Shown: positions 18,805 through 28,012, counted from the stretch's first letter. The stretch: DNA of 64,000 bases from Candidatus Brocadiaceae bacterium (GCA_012728835.1 JAAYEJ010000012.1:123207-187206); one strand, 5' to 3'. Translations and numbers: made by a program. Notes: generated from the letters alone by a model not told the origin.

Positions 18805-20082
18805 TCATCTGAACTGCGCGTTGCGCGCCGCGTGCAGCGCGCGAAGGTCGGCCTCGGGCACCGTGTCGCGCACCAGCTCCTCCACCACGACCTCCAGGTC
18901 GTGCCCCTCCTGCCGGTAGTAGGCCGTGATGACGATGCCCGGCAGGTCGTCGTAGACGAGCGTCGGCAGGCCCGTATGGCGATTCGGCACCAGTACGTAG
19001 GCGACCTCGTTTCGGTTCCTGCCGAACGGGCAGCGGAAGAGGGCGTTGACCTCCGGCAGGTCCTCCGAATGCAGCGTCCGGCCCGTGGGCATCTGAACCT
19101 GCCAGCGCGCACGCCGTTCGTTCAGCAGTTCGTGGCGCAGCGCCGCCGGGTCCCGGAATGCGCGGGGGTCCGTGTACAGCATTCGGGCCAGCACCATGAT
19201 GATCTCCATGTTGTCCCTGCACTGGAACTTCGGGCTGGGCGTCAGGGACATCATGTAGCGCGCCCAGGCGTCCTCGACGGCCCGCAGGTCCGGTCCGAAG
19301 ACCTCCCGCCGCGCGTCTTCGGCCGGCCGCCCCTCCGCGACGGCCTTCAGGAGGGCGTCCAGCGCGCGCACGTGCCGGCCCTCCTCGCCGTGCATCAGGA
19401 ACTGCACGACCGACCACGCCTCGCAGTAGTAAATGTCCGCACGACGGCCGCCCGTCTGAACGTTCTGGAGCCAGGAATCGGCCGTCAGCGAGAACAGCCG
19501 GTCGAACGGCACATACTCCTGGTGCCGGATCGCCTCCTGCACGGTGTGGAGGCGCATGGTGGGCACCAGGCCGGCGGTGAAGCCCCGGCCGTCCCAGGTC
19601 GCCTCCGAGAAGTACTCGGCCAGGCCCTCGTTGAGCCACGTCGGGAACGTGCGCGACACCGCCGTGCGCACGAACTGGTGAAAGCCCTCGTGGTAGAGCG
19701 TCCGGAGCACCTCCTCGACCGTGCGGCCCTCCAGGTGAGCCGCCAGGAAGCCCTCCGGCGCCGCAAAGACGCCCGTGGAGCCCCAGACCGCCCGGGGAAC
19801 AGCCCGCCGATAGCCCCGTTCGCCGGCGAACACCAGGACCCGAAAGCGTTGGCTGCCCTGCGCGAAGCCCGGGAAGCGCCGGGCGTACTCCGCGTTGATC
19901 TGCTCCATGTGGGCGGCCACGAGCTGCGTGAACCCCGGGCTGACGTCCGTCTGCACCTCGTAGCGGGGCGTCTGGACCGTGAAGGGCAGGTTCGCGGCAG
20001 AGGCGGTCGCCGAGCAGGCCGCCGCCAGCAGGACCGCCAGGTGCACGGCCGTGCGCACGCGCGTGTCGGCTTGTCGCGGCAT
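18805..20082 (-). CDS. Secreted DUF1570-like protein with HExxH (putative MA-clan metallopeptidase)
   Basis: Start at internal ATG 20082 (MPRQADTRVRTAVHLAVLLAAACSATASA is a signal peptide). HExxH motif in LYHEGFHQF. The family assignment is from memory of Rhodopirellula-type DUF1570. Confidence 0.6.
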   Translation of the reverse strand: MPRQADTRVRTAVHLAVLLAAACSATASAANLPFTVQTPRYEVQTDVSPGFTQLVAAHMEQINAEYARRFPGFAQGSQRFRVLVFAGERGYRRAVPRAVWGSTGVFAAPEGFLAAHLEGRTVEEVLRTLYHEGFHQFVRTAVSRTFPTWLNEGLAEYFSEATWDGRGFTAGLVPTMRLHTVQEAIRHQEYVPFDRLFSLTADSWLQNVQTGGRRADIYYCEAWSVVQFLMHGEEGRHVRALDALLKAVAEGRPAEDARREVFGPDLRAVEDAWARYMMSLTPSPKFQCRDNMEIIMVLARMLYTDPRAFRDPAALRHELLNERRARWQVQMPTGRTLHSEDLPEVNALFRCPFGRNRNEVAYVLVPNRHTGLPTLVYDDLPGIVITAYYRQEGHDLEVVVEELVRDTVPEADLRALHAARNAQFR

Positions 20083-20178
20083 GTGGCGCCCTTCCGGGGT
20101 CCCAAGGATGGCCTCGGCCCCCATTCTACGCCCGATGCCGCGGCCGCGCAACGCAGGCCGGACGGGGATGCGGGGCCT

Positions 20179-20781
20179 TCAGACGGCCGGTTCGTCCGGT
20201 TCGCGCTCGGGGGCCTCTCCGGCCGCCAGGGCGAACATGCGAACGGCGCCGGCCGCGATGCCCATCACCAGCGAGATGACGATGACCGAGACCCCCAGGG
20301 AGGCACAGCCCGCCGGCAGGGCGATCCCCGGCGGCAGGAAGGGCAGCGCCGCGAACAAGACCAGCGGCAGCAGGGGCAGCCAGGCCCGCCAGGCCACGCT
20401 GCGGGCCAGGTCGTCGGCGCCTATCTGCCGCGCGATGCGCCCGATGACGGCCGCCAGCCGGACGGTGAAGGTCGTCAGGAGCGCCCACGTGGCGGCGTAG
20501 AGGGCCACGTGGGCCAGATCGACCCCTCCGGCCTCCGTTGCGGGCGGCAGGCCGCGCACGACACGCACAGCCCAGACCGCCACGCCCGCCGCAGCCGCCA
20601 GGAACAGGGGCCGCAGGCCGTCCACCCGGGAGGCCATCCGGCCGACCCCGATCAGCAGCAGCGCCCATCCCAGGACCTCGATCGGGATGGGACTCGGGCA
20701 GGGCAGGAAGAACAGGAAGCCCCACATGATGAGCGTGAGACTCCCGCGCAGGGCCGCCGGACTCCCCGGGTCCGTCTCCAT
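20179..20781 (-). CDS. Hypothetical polytopic membrane protein (about 200 aa, 5-6 TM)
   Basis: The ATG at 20781 is preceded by GAGGAGG at 8-nt spacing. Hydrophobic helices occur throughout. No family recognised. Confidence 0.55.
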   Translation of the reverse strand: METDPGSPAALRGSLTLIMWGFLFFLPCPSPIPIEVLGWALLLIGVGRMASRVDGLRPLFLAAAAGVAVWAVRVVRGLPPATEAGGVDLAHVALYAATWALLTTFTVRLAAVIGRIARQIGADDLARSVAWRAWLPLLPLVLFAALPFLPPGIALPAGCASLGVSVIVISLVMGIAAGAVRMFALAAGEAPEREPDEPAV

Positions 20782-20844
20782 CCGCCATGCCTCCTCTGTG
20801 GGCGTGTCCCTCCGGTCCGTCCGACAACGCACGCTCCCGGGCGC

Positions 20845-23082
20845 CTACTCGGGCGCCGGCGGTTGCGCTTCCGATGCCGGCGCTGCGGCCTCCTGCCCGG
20901 GTCCCTCCTGGGTCGCGGGCGTGCCCAGCCAGCCGTTCGTCCAGCGGTGGATCAGACCGCGGGAGTTCAGCATGCTGTAGGCGACTGCCAGGACGATGAC
21001 GGCGATGATCAGGCGGGGCCAGATGCTCTTCTTCGGGGCATAGGGGTCCTTCAGGTCCCGACGCGATCCGGCCGGCAGCCTGGGGATGCCGGTGAGCGCC
21101 GTTCCGAAGGGGATGCTGATCTTCGCCTGGGCGTTCACCGCCCAGCCGTTGGCGTCGAGGATGGGCCCGAGGTTGCGCTTGCGGAGCTTGAGCCAGGCGA
21201 TCACCATGGACGGGGTGGAGATGAGGAGCACGATGGCGACCAGGACGATGGCGATCTGCCAGTGTGCCATGTCGGTGATCTGGGCGAAGATGGACGCCAG
21301 GAAGGTGCCGATGGCGCCGAGGGCGACGCCCATGGCGGCGATGACCCCGACGTCGAACTTCTTGGGCGCGGGCGGCGCCGACTTGTCCGGCGCGGTCACG
21401 GTTGCCGCCGCGCTTTCGAGCCTGGCCGTGGAGGCGGCGTCGGCCGCCGCGGCCCGCCGGGCGGCCTGCTCCTCGACCATCCGGACGAACTTCTTGTAGG
21501 GCGCCCAGAACGCCTGGCGGATGCTGATGGGGTTTTCCACAACCCGGGTGATCGTCGCATCCCAGTCCCGCCCCTCGAGGTCGTAGAAGACGCCGTTGCG
21601 CCCCACCAGCAGGTTCTCGGAATCCCCGTTGGTGAAGGCGGCGACGATCTGCATCGCCTCGCCGGTGCCCTTGCGCACGCAATCGCAGTAGGCCAGGTAC
21701 GTGCCGGCCATGCCCGCCAGTGCGGCGTGCTTGGCGGCGTCCGCGACCGAGAGGCAGAGGTCGCAGCTCCGCTGGTCGAGGTACAACGTGCCGACCTGGA
21801 AGACGGCGGGCCGTGTGCGGCTGTAGAAGTCCCGGAAGTTCACGAAGTTCGTCAGAAGCCGGTGCAGGTGGCGGTGGTAGAGGATCAGGCGCTCCACGGT
21901 CCCGACGGCGTCCGCCTGCCGTGCCAGCTTCTCGTCCTCGGCTGCGAGTGCCCGGATCCGGTCCTCGATGCCGCTTGCCAGCAGTTCCTGCACGCGCGCG
22001 CGTCCGAGTGGTTCGACCAGGGCGCCGGCCCTGGCGGAGTGCCATTGCTCGAAGGCGGCCAGCCTGCCGCGCAGCTCGTGCCAGTCGGCCTCGGTCAGGG
22101 CGCTCTTCGGGCCCAGCAGCGGCACGACGGCGTCCTCCGCCAGCCGGGCCAGGGCGTCGGCCCAGGCGGGGTTGACGCCCTCCTTGAGCGGGAGCGGCCG
22201 GGCGCCTTCCACGCGGGCCAGGGGCAGTCCGGCCACCTCGGCGCTGCTGATGGTGAGGTCCTGGGCGGCGATGGCGAGGAAGTCCTCCTCCTCGCGGTTC
22301 AGTGCGGCTCCGGCCCGGGGGTCGAAGGCGGCCAGACGGCAGCGGGCGAAGTAGTCGTCCACCTTGGCTGCGACGGCTTGCACGGCCTGCGCGGCGGCGA
22401 ACGTCGCCTCCCCGAGCGGCAGCACGGCGGCGTCGGCGTCGCCGGCCTGCCACCACTCGATGCAGGCCCGGGCGGCGGCGAAGAACTGGTCGGCCGTCTT
22501 CAGGCTGACGCCCGGCTTGCCGCTGCGGTCGGTCTCCGCCTCGACGCAGGCGATGACGTCGGCGATCGCCTGCTGCAGGTCGGGCTCGGCGGCCGAGTCG
22601 GGCGGGACGATCCCGTCGCCGTTGAACCGGCCCTGCGCGAACCTGTGGGCGGCGTCGGCCATGTCGGCCACGGTGATCTCAGTCGCACCCTCCTTGCCCA
22701 TGTCGGACAGGATCCGCCGGGCCGTGGACAGCAGCAGCGCGCCCTCCGGGTGCGAATCGTCGATGGCATCCAGCGGCAGCGTGTCCGATTCCTTCAGGAG
22801 GTCGCCGGGGTCCTTGAGGCAAGCGCACGCCCAGCGCACCGCGGCGAGCACCTCGGGCACGCGGATCCGGCCGTCCTTGTCCGTGTCGAGCAGATCCAGG
22901 GTCTTGCGGTCGAACAGGATCCCGTCGGTCGGGCAGGCCAGGGCGCCCCAGAGCTTCTGGTCGAGTTCGTCCAGGTGGAGCAGGTCGTCGCCGCTCTCCA
23001 GGCGGACCTGATCGAAGCCCCCAAACCGCGAGAACTGCCACTGATGCCCCCCTCGCGCGCGCGCCTCCAAGCCGGCAGCCAT
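20845..23082 (-). CDS. Uncharacterised 745-aa EF-hand-containing, C-terminally membrane-anchored protein
   Basis: The ATG at 23082 is preceded by AGGAAGGGGG. Canonical EF-hand loop DTDKDGRIRVPE (nt 22852-22887). Cys cluster RSCDLCLSV...YLAYCDCVRKG. Three TM helices near the C-terminus. GC3-rich codons. Confidence 0.7.
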   Translation of the reverse strand: MAAGLEARARGGHQWQFSRFGGFDQVRLESGDDLLHLDELDQKLWGALACPTDGILFDRKTLDLLDTDKDGRIRVPEVLAAVRWACACLKDPGDLLKESDTLPLDAIDDSHPEGALLLSTARRILSDMGKEGATEITVADMADAAHRFAQGRFNGDGIVPPDSAAEPDLQQAIADVIACVEAETDRSGKPGVSLKTADQFFAAARACIEWWQAGDADAAVLPLGEATFAAAQAVQAVAAKVDDYFARCRLAAFDPRAGAALNREEEDFLAIAAQDLTISSAEVAGLPLARVEGARPLPLKEGVNPAWADALARLAEDAVVPLLGPKSALTEADWHELRGRLAAFEQWHSARAGALVEPLGRARVQELLASGIEDRIRALAAEDEKLARQADAVGTVERLILYHRHLHRLLTNFVNFRDFYSRTRPAVFQVGTLYLDQRSCDLCLSVADAAKHAALAGMAGTYLAYCDCVRKGTGEAMQIVAAFTNGDSENLLVGRNGVFYDLEGRDWDATITRVVENPISIRQAFWAPYKKFVRMVEEQAARRAAAADAASTARLESAAATVTAPDKSAPPAPKKFDVGVIAAMGVALGAIGTFLASIFAQITDMAHWQIAIVLVAIVLLISTPSMVIAWLKLRKRNLGPILDANGWAVNAQAKISIPFGTALTGIPRLPAGSRRDLKDPYAPKKSIWPRLIIAVIVLAVAYSMLNSRGLIHRWTNGWLGTPATQEGPGQEAAAPASEAQPPAPE

Positions 23083-23198
23083 GATCGCCCCCTTCCTGTT
23101 GAGATGTGCAGCTCCGCCGTAGACGGCGAGCCCAACCGATTCTACGCCTGGCAGCCGGCGCAATCAAGCGGTGCGCTGGACCTGGGGCAAGGGGCCGA

Positions 23199-23275
23199 TG
23201 GTGGGCAGACCGGGATTCGAACCCGGAGCCTCTTGCTTGTAAGGCAAGCGCTCTGGCCGTTTGAGCTATCCGCCC
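23199..23275 (-). tRNA. tRNA-Val (anticodon TAC), CCA encoded
   Basis: Reverse complement GGGCGGA-TA-GCTC...GAGC-G-CTTGC-CTTACAA-GCAAG-AGGCT-CCGGG-TTCGAAT-CCCGG-TCTGCCC-A-CCA folds as a cloverleaf. Confidence 0.9.
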
Positions 23276-23428
23276 CGGCCGTCTACACTAACTGCAGGGC
23301 GGCGCGGGCGTCAAGCTCCGGCCGGCCTCTGCAGAGCTGTTGCGGGGCACTTCGCCCTTCGTTCTCCCGCCGGCCTGTGGTATATTCGCGCTGCCGCCAG
23401 CAGCGGGACGCCCGCGAGGTGCCGGACA

Positions 23429-24397
23429 ATGGACATGAGTGAGTTCGATCGCGTGCTTCTCGTCGCCAATCCCGCCGGCGGGGGGGGGCGGGCGGGTCGC
23501 TGGGTGCGCCCGGTGGCGGCCGCACTGCGCGCCGCGGGGGTGCGGCTCAAGGTCGTGCGCACGCGCCGGGCGGGCGACGCCCGCGAGGCCGCCGAGCGAT
23601 GTGCCGGGCGACGGGCGCTGATCATCGCGTTCGGCGGCGACGGCACGCTGAATGAAGTCCTCAACGGCGCCGACCTGGAACGCTGCGCCCTGGCCGTCCT
23701 GCCCGCCGGCACCGGCAACGTGCTCGCCAAGGAAGTCGGCATGCACGGATGGCCGCCGCGCGCGGTGCGGCAGTTGCTGCAGGGGGCCCTGGTTCGCATG
23801 GACGTGGGCGTCTGCAACGGTCGGCGGTTCGCCTGCATGGTGGGGGCCGGGGTGGACGGCGACGTGGTGCGGGCCGTGCACGAGCATCGGCGGCGCCGGC
23901 TCACCCAGTTCCACTACATGCCGCACCTGATCGGCGCCCTGATGGGGCATGCCCGCTGGGATATCGCCGTGGAGCTGGACGGGCGGCCCGTGGTGCGCGG
24001 CATGGACCAGGTCGTCCTGGGCAACACGCACAGCTACGGCGGGCCCGTGGAGCTGACCCCCCGGGCGTCGGCCCTGGACGGTCAGCTCGACGCCATGTGC
24101 CTGGCCTGGCCGGACATCATCGAGATGCCCGCCGTGGTCTCATACGGGCTGCTGCGCAGGTCGGCCGAGTGCCCGCACGTGACCTACCGCCGCGCCCGGC
24201 ATGCGGTGCTGTCCTCGCCGCGGGACGACGTTCCGTACCAGCTCGACGGCGAGGCGGCCGGCCTTCTGCCCGTCGAGGTCGAGGTGATGGCCGGCGCCGT
24301 CCGGTTCCTCGTCCCGGCCGGCTGCCGGATGCGCCACCCCGGGGGGTGCCCCCGGGATCAGCAGGGAGCCGAGCAGAATGCAGTGGACAGCCTATGA
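23429..24397 (+). CDS. Diacylglycerol-kinase-family lipid kinase (YegS/BmrU-like)
   Basis: Internal ATG (MDMSEFDRVLLVANPAGGGG...). Catalytic-domain motif IIAFGGDGTLNEV. Confidence 0.85.
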   Translation: MDMSEFDRVLLVANPAGGGGRAGRWVRPVAAALRAAGVRLKVVRTRRAGDAREAAERCAGRRALIIAFGGDGTLNEVLNGADLERCALAVLPAGTGNVLAKEVGMHGWPPRAVRQLLQGALVRMDVGVCNGRRFACMVGAGVDGDVVRAVHEHRRRRLTQFHYMPHLIGALMGHARWDIAVELDGRPVVRGMDQVVLGNTHSYGGPVELTPRASALDGQLDAMCLAWPDIIEMPAVVSYGLLRRSAECPHVTYRRARHAVLSSPRDDVPYQLDGEAAGLLPVEVEVMAGAVRFLVPAGCRMRHPGGCPRDQQGAEQNAVDSL

Positions 24398-25232
24398 CGC
24401 GTTGATCGACGCCGCGCTGGCGGAGGACGACGCCCGTTCCGACGTGACGACGTTGGCGCTGGTGGCGCCCGAATGCCGGCTGCGCGGCCAGGTGCGCGCC
24501 CGGCAGGACCTCGTTCTCTGCGGTCTGCCGCTGGCCGGCCGGACCGTCGAGCGCTTCGATGCGTGCATGGTCCTGGAGCATCGGGCGGAGGACGGTGCCC
24601 GCCTGGCGCCCGGCGGTGTGGCGGCCGAGATCGAGGGCCCGGCCGCCTCCGTGCTGGCCGTCGAGCGCACGATGCTCAACTTCCTTCAGCGGCTCAGCGG
24701 CGTGGCCACGTTGACCGCGCGGTTCGTGCGCGAGGTCGAGGGCACCGGCGCGTGCATCTGCGATACGCGCAAGACGACCCCCGGCTGGCGGGTGCTGGAG
24801 AAGTATGCCGTCCGTTGCGGCGGGGGCCGCAACCATCGCATGAGCCTGGCCGACCAGGCGCTCATCAAGGACAACCACCTGGCCCTGCTCGGGCGGCAGG
24901 GCGGCGCGGCGGCGGCCGTGCGGGCCGTGCGCGAGCGGTTTCCCGACCGGGTCGTGATGGTCGAAGTCGACGATCTCGAACAGCTTGCGGCCGTGCTGCC
25001 GGTGCGTCCGGACGTCGTGCTGCTGGACAACATGTCGCCCGACCAGGTGCGCGAGGCGGCCGGCCTGGCGCGCGCACGGGGCGGCGACGGGCGGCCGCTG
25101 TTGGAGGCGAGCGGCGGCATCACGCTGGAGAACGTGCGCCGCTACGCCGAGGCCGGCGCCGACCGCATATCGGTCGGCGCACTGACCCACAGCGCTCCGG
25201 CGGCCGACCTGGCCCTGGACGCTCTCGGCTGA
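24378..25232 (+). CDS. nadC: Nicotinate-nucleotide diphosphorylase (carboxylating) / quinolinate phosphoribosyltransferase
   Basis: ERTMLNFLQRLSGVATLT, CDTRKTTPGWRVLEKYAVRCGGGRNHRMSLAD..LIKDNH and SGGITLENV. Confidence 0.92.
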   Translation: MQWTAYDALIDAALAEDDARSDVTTLALVAPECRLRGQVRARQDLVLCGLPLAGRTVERFDACMVLEHRAEDGARLAPGGVAAEIEGPAASVLAVERTMLNFLQRLSGVATLTARFVREVEGTGACICDTRKTTPGWRVLEKYAVRCGGGRNHRMSLADQALIKDNHLALLGRQGGAAAAVRAVRERFPDRVVMVEVDDLEQLAAVLPVRPDVVLLDNMSPDQVREAAGLARARGGDGRPLLEASGGITLENVRRYAEAGADRISVGALTHSAPAADLALDALG

Positions 25233-25247
25233 GCCGGCGGCCGGCCG

Positions 25248-26378
25248 TCAGGCCAGGGCCTCCTGGGCGGCACGGAGGCCGCCCCCGAGTTCGATCGCGT
25301 GGCCCATCTCCCGCAGGCCGGCCTCCAGGGCGGCCAGACCCACGAGCAGGTCACCTTCGCTGACGTATCCCATGTGACCGATGCGGATGATCCGGCCCTT
25401 CAGGTCGCCCTGGCCGTCGGCCATGGTCACGCCGTGCTTGTCGCGCATCAGGGCGATCAGCCTGGACGAACTCATGCCGTCGGGCACATAGGCGGCGGTG
25501 ACGCCGTTGGCCGGCCGCTCGGCCAGCAATCGCAGCCCCAGGGCCTGCACGGCGGCGCGGGCGGCGCGCGCCAGGCGCGCGTGCCGCTCGAACACCTGGT
25601 CCAGCCCTTCGTCGAAGATCATCTCCAGGGCCCTGCGGAGGGCGTGGACCAGGGAGACCGGGGCGGTGAAGGCGGTGCCGAGCTTCTCCCAGTTGCGGCG
25701 CGCGGCCGTCAGGTCCAGGTAGTAGCGGGGCGACTGGCAGGCCTTGACGGCGTCCCAGGTGCGCGGGGAGACGGCGATGAACGCCAGCCCGGGGGCCATC
25801 ATGCAGCCCTTCTGGGAGCCGCTGACGACGATGTCGAGGCCCCACTCGTCCATCTTGACCGGATGCACGCCGACGCCCGTGATGGAGTCCACGGCCAGGA
25901 GTGTGGGCGTCTCCCGGGTCAACTGCGCGATGGCCTTCACGTCGGAGAGGGCGCCGGTGGACGTCTCGCTGTGCGTCACGTAGAGCGCGCGGGCGTCCGG
26001 ATGGGCGCGCAGGGCGTCCCGGGCCTGTTCGGGCTCGAAGGACCGGCCCCATTCGATGGGTATCTCGACGACCTCGCAGCCGAAGGCGCGCCCCAGTTCC
26101 GCCCAGCGTTCGCCGAACTTGCCGCCGACGGCGCAGATCATCTTGTCGCCCGGCGAGCAGACGTTGGCCACAGCGGCCTCCATGCCGGCCGTGCCGCTGC
26201 CGGCCAGTATGTAGACGTCCTGCTGGGTGCCGAAGAGCTTCTTGAGGCCTTCGGCGGTCTCGGCCATGAAGGCGGAGAACTCCTTGGTGCGGTGGTGCAC
26301 CATGGGAGCGGCCTCAGCCAGCAGCACTTCGTGCGGGACCATGGTCGGGCCCGGCGTCAGCATGCAGTTCTTCTTCAT
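25248..26378 (-). CDS. Class-V aminotransferase (serine-pyruvate / alanine-glyoxylate aminotransferase-like)
   Basis: Internal ATG (MKKNCMLTPGPTMVPHEVL...). SGSQKGCMMAPGL contains the PLP lysine (SxSQK). The start overlaps the stop of the upstream regulator (ATGA at 26375-26378). Confidence 0.85.
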   Translation of the reverse strand: MKKNCMLTPGPTMVPHEVLLAEAAPMVHHRTKEFSAFMAETAEGLKKLFGTQQDVYILAGSGTAGMEAAVANVCSPGDKMICAVGGKFGERWAELGRAFGCEVVEIPIEWGRSFEPEQARDALRAHPDARALYVTHSETSTGALSDVKAIAQLTRETPTLLAVDSITGVGVHPVKMDEWGLDIVVSGSQKGCMMAPGLAFIAVSPRTWDAVKACQSPRYYLDLTAARRNWEKLGTAFTAPVSLVHALRRALEMIFDEGLDQVFERHARLARAARAAVQALGLRLLAERPANGVTAAYVPDGMSSSRLIALMRDKHGVTMADGQGDLKGRIIRIGHMGYVSEGDLLVGLAALEAGLREMGHAIELGGGLRAAQEALA

Positions 26379-27787
26379 TCGTCCTCTCTCCGGGTGGGGG
26401 GGGCGGAGGCGTCGCGGCGGATGCCGAGCCTCCGCATCTTGCTCTGAAGGCTCTGACGATACATGTCCAGTCGTTCCGCCGCATGCGAGACGTTGCCGTC
26501 GCACGCATCCAGCGCGCGCTCGATCGCGCGGCGGTCGAACTCCTCCAGCAGCGCCTGCCGTGCCTCCTTGTAGGGGAGAGACAGGTCCGTGCGGATGGCC
26601 TCCGGCGCGACGGCCGCAGCCGGCTCCTGCTCGAGCGACAGGTGTTCGGGCAGTATCTCCGGCCCGGCGGCCAGGACCAGCGCGCTCTCGACCACGTGCT
26701 TGAGTTCCCGCACGTTGCCCGGCCAGTGGTAGCGATGCAGCAGGCGCACCGTGGAGGGGGCGAAGCGGCGCGGGCCGTCGGGATACCGGGCACGGAACAG
26801 CTCCAGGAAGTGCTCGGCCAGCAGGGCGATGTCCTCCCCGCGGTCGCGCAGGGGCGGCAGCACGATCTCCACGACCTTCAGGCGGTGGTAGAGGTCGCGT
26901 CGGAACTCCTCGTTTTCGATTCCGCGTTCGAGGTCCTGGTTGGTGGCGCTGATGATGCGCACGTTCACGCGCACCGGCTCCACGCTGCCCAGCGGCTCGA
27001 AGGCGCTCTCCTGCAGCACGCGCAGCACCTTCGCCTGCGTGCCGGGGCTCATGTCGCCCACCTCGTCGAGCATCAGCGTGCCGCCGTCGGCGGCCTGGAA
27101 CTTGCCGATCCGGTTCGTGTCCGCGCCTGTGAACGCGCCCTTCGCATGGCCGAACAGCTCGCTCTCGACCAGCGTCTCCGGCATGGCCGCGCAGTTCATC
27201 ACGATGAACGGCCCGTCGCGCCGCGCGCTGCGGCGGTGGATCTCCCGGGCCGCCATCTCCTTGCCCGTGCCGCTCTCGCCGCGGATCAGCACGGTGACGT
27301 CGGCCTGACTGACCTTGTCGATCTGTGCGAAGACGCGCCTCATCGGGGCGCTGACGCCCAGGATCTCGCCGTAGGAGCCGAGGCGCTCCAGTTCGGCCCT
27401 CAGTCGCAGCGTCTCGCGGCGCAACTCGATGGTCTCGGCCGCGCGGCGCACGGCCGCGCGCAGTTCCTCCAGCTCGTACGGCTTCGGGATGTAGTCGTAG
27501 GCGCCCTGCTTGATCGCCTCGGCCGCCATGCGTTCGGACCCGTAGGCCGTGATCATGATGACCAGCGGGGCGTCCGGCCCCCCGGATATGCGGCGCAGGA
27601 CCTCCAGACCGTCGGGGCCGGGGATGTTGACGTCCAGCAGGACGATCTCCGGCGCGTCGCGACGAACGGATTCCAGGGCGCCGGGGCCGTCGGTCGCCTC
27701 CAGAACGTCGAACCCGGCGCGTTCCAGCACCTTGCGCATGCCCAGCCGGGCGGCTTGTTCGTCGTCGACAACCAGTATCCGAGCCAT
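26375..27787 (-). CDS. Sigma-54-dependent response regulator (NtrC/Fis family: REC + AAA+ + HTH)
   Basis: MARILVVDDEQ...LLDVNIPG (REC), GESGTGKE Walker A, the GAFTGA loop (HAKGAFTGADTN) and the C-terminal Fis-type HTH GNVSHAAERLDMYRQSL. Confidence 0.92.
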   Translation of the reverse strand: MARILVVDDEQAARLGMRKVLERAGFDVLEATDGPGALESVRRDAPEIVLLDVNIPGPDGLEVLRRISGGPDAPLVIMITAYGSERMAAEAIKQGAYDYIPKPYELEELRAAVRRAAETIELRRETLRLRAELERLGSYGEILGVSAPMRRVFAQIDKVSQADVTVLIRGESGTGKEMAAREIHRRSARRDGPFIVMNCAAMPETLVESELFGHAKGAFTGADTNRIGKFQAADGGTLMLDEVGDMSPGTQAKVLRVLQESAFEPLGSVEPVRVNVRIISATNQDLERGIENEEFRRDLYHRLKVVEIVLPPLRDRGEDIALLAEHFLELFRARYPDGPRRFAPSTVRLLHRYHWPGNVRELKHVVESALVLAAGPEILPEHLSLEQEPAAAVAPEAIRTDLSLPYKEARQALLEEFDRRAIERALDACDGNVSHAAERLDMYRQSLQSKMRRLGIRRDASAPPTRREDE

Positions 27788-28012
27788 ATTCGCGGTCCGC
27801 GGCGTCCCCGGGCCTCAGCCGGCTGCCGGGGGCAGAGGCCGCCCCGTTGAGGGGTGGATGGCGATGTCGATGAGGTTCTTCCGTATGACGATGAACGTCC
27901 CCGGGCGCCCCGCGTCGGCCGGCCCGGCGGTCGCCCGATTATAACCGTCTCGTGCGCGGAAGCAAAGCCACTCCAGGGGGCCATGTGTCTGGCGGCCGGG
28001 CGCGCTGTTCTC

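Noticed and set aside
23083-23428. Integrative element or genomic island at tRNA-Val. The same question applies to tRNA-Thr at 30507 and tRNA-Ser at 34187.
   Set aside because: No integrase, excisionase or transposase gene is nearby. I did not notice a direct repeat of a tRNA 3-prime end. The flanking genes look like core metabolism with uniform composition.
18676-23442. 1588-aa plus-strand ORF. Similar giants are 7973..11101 +, 42180..45302 -, 43244..46366 +, 59876..62587 -, 16338..18482 + and 39448..41931 +.
   Set aside because: These run antisense to, or out of frame with, genes that carry unmistakable motifs (uvrB, EF-hand protein, STK, SufBD, anSME and others). Their translations are Arg/Gly/Pro/Ala-rich low-complexity sequence, typical of stop-codon-poor shadow frames in high-GC DNA.
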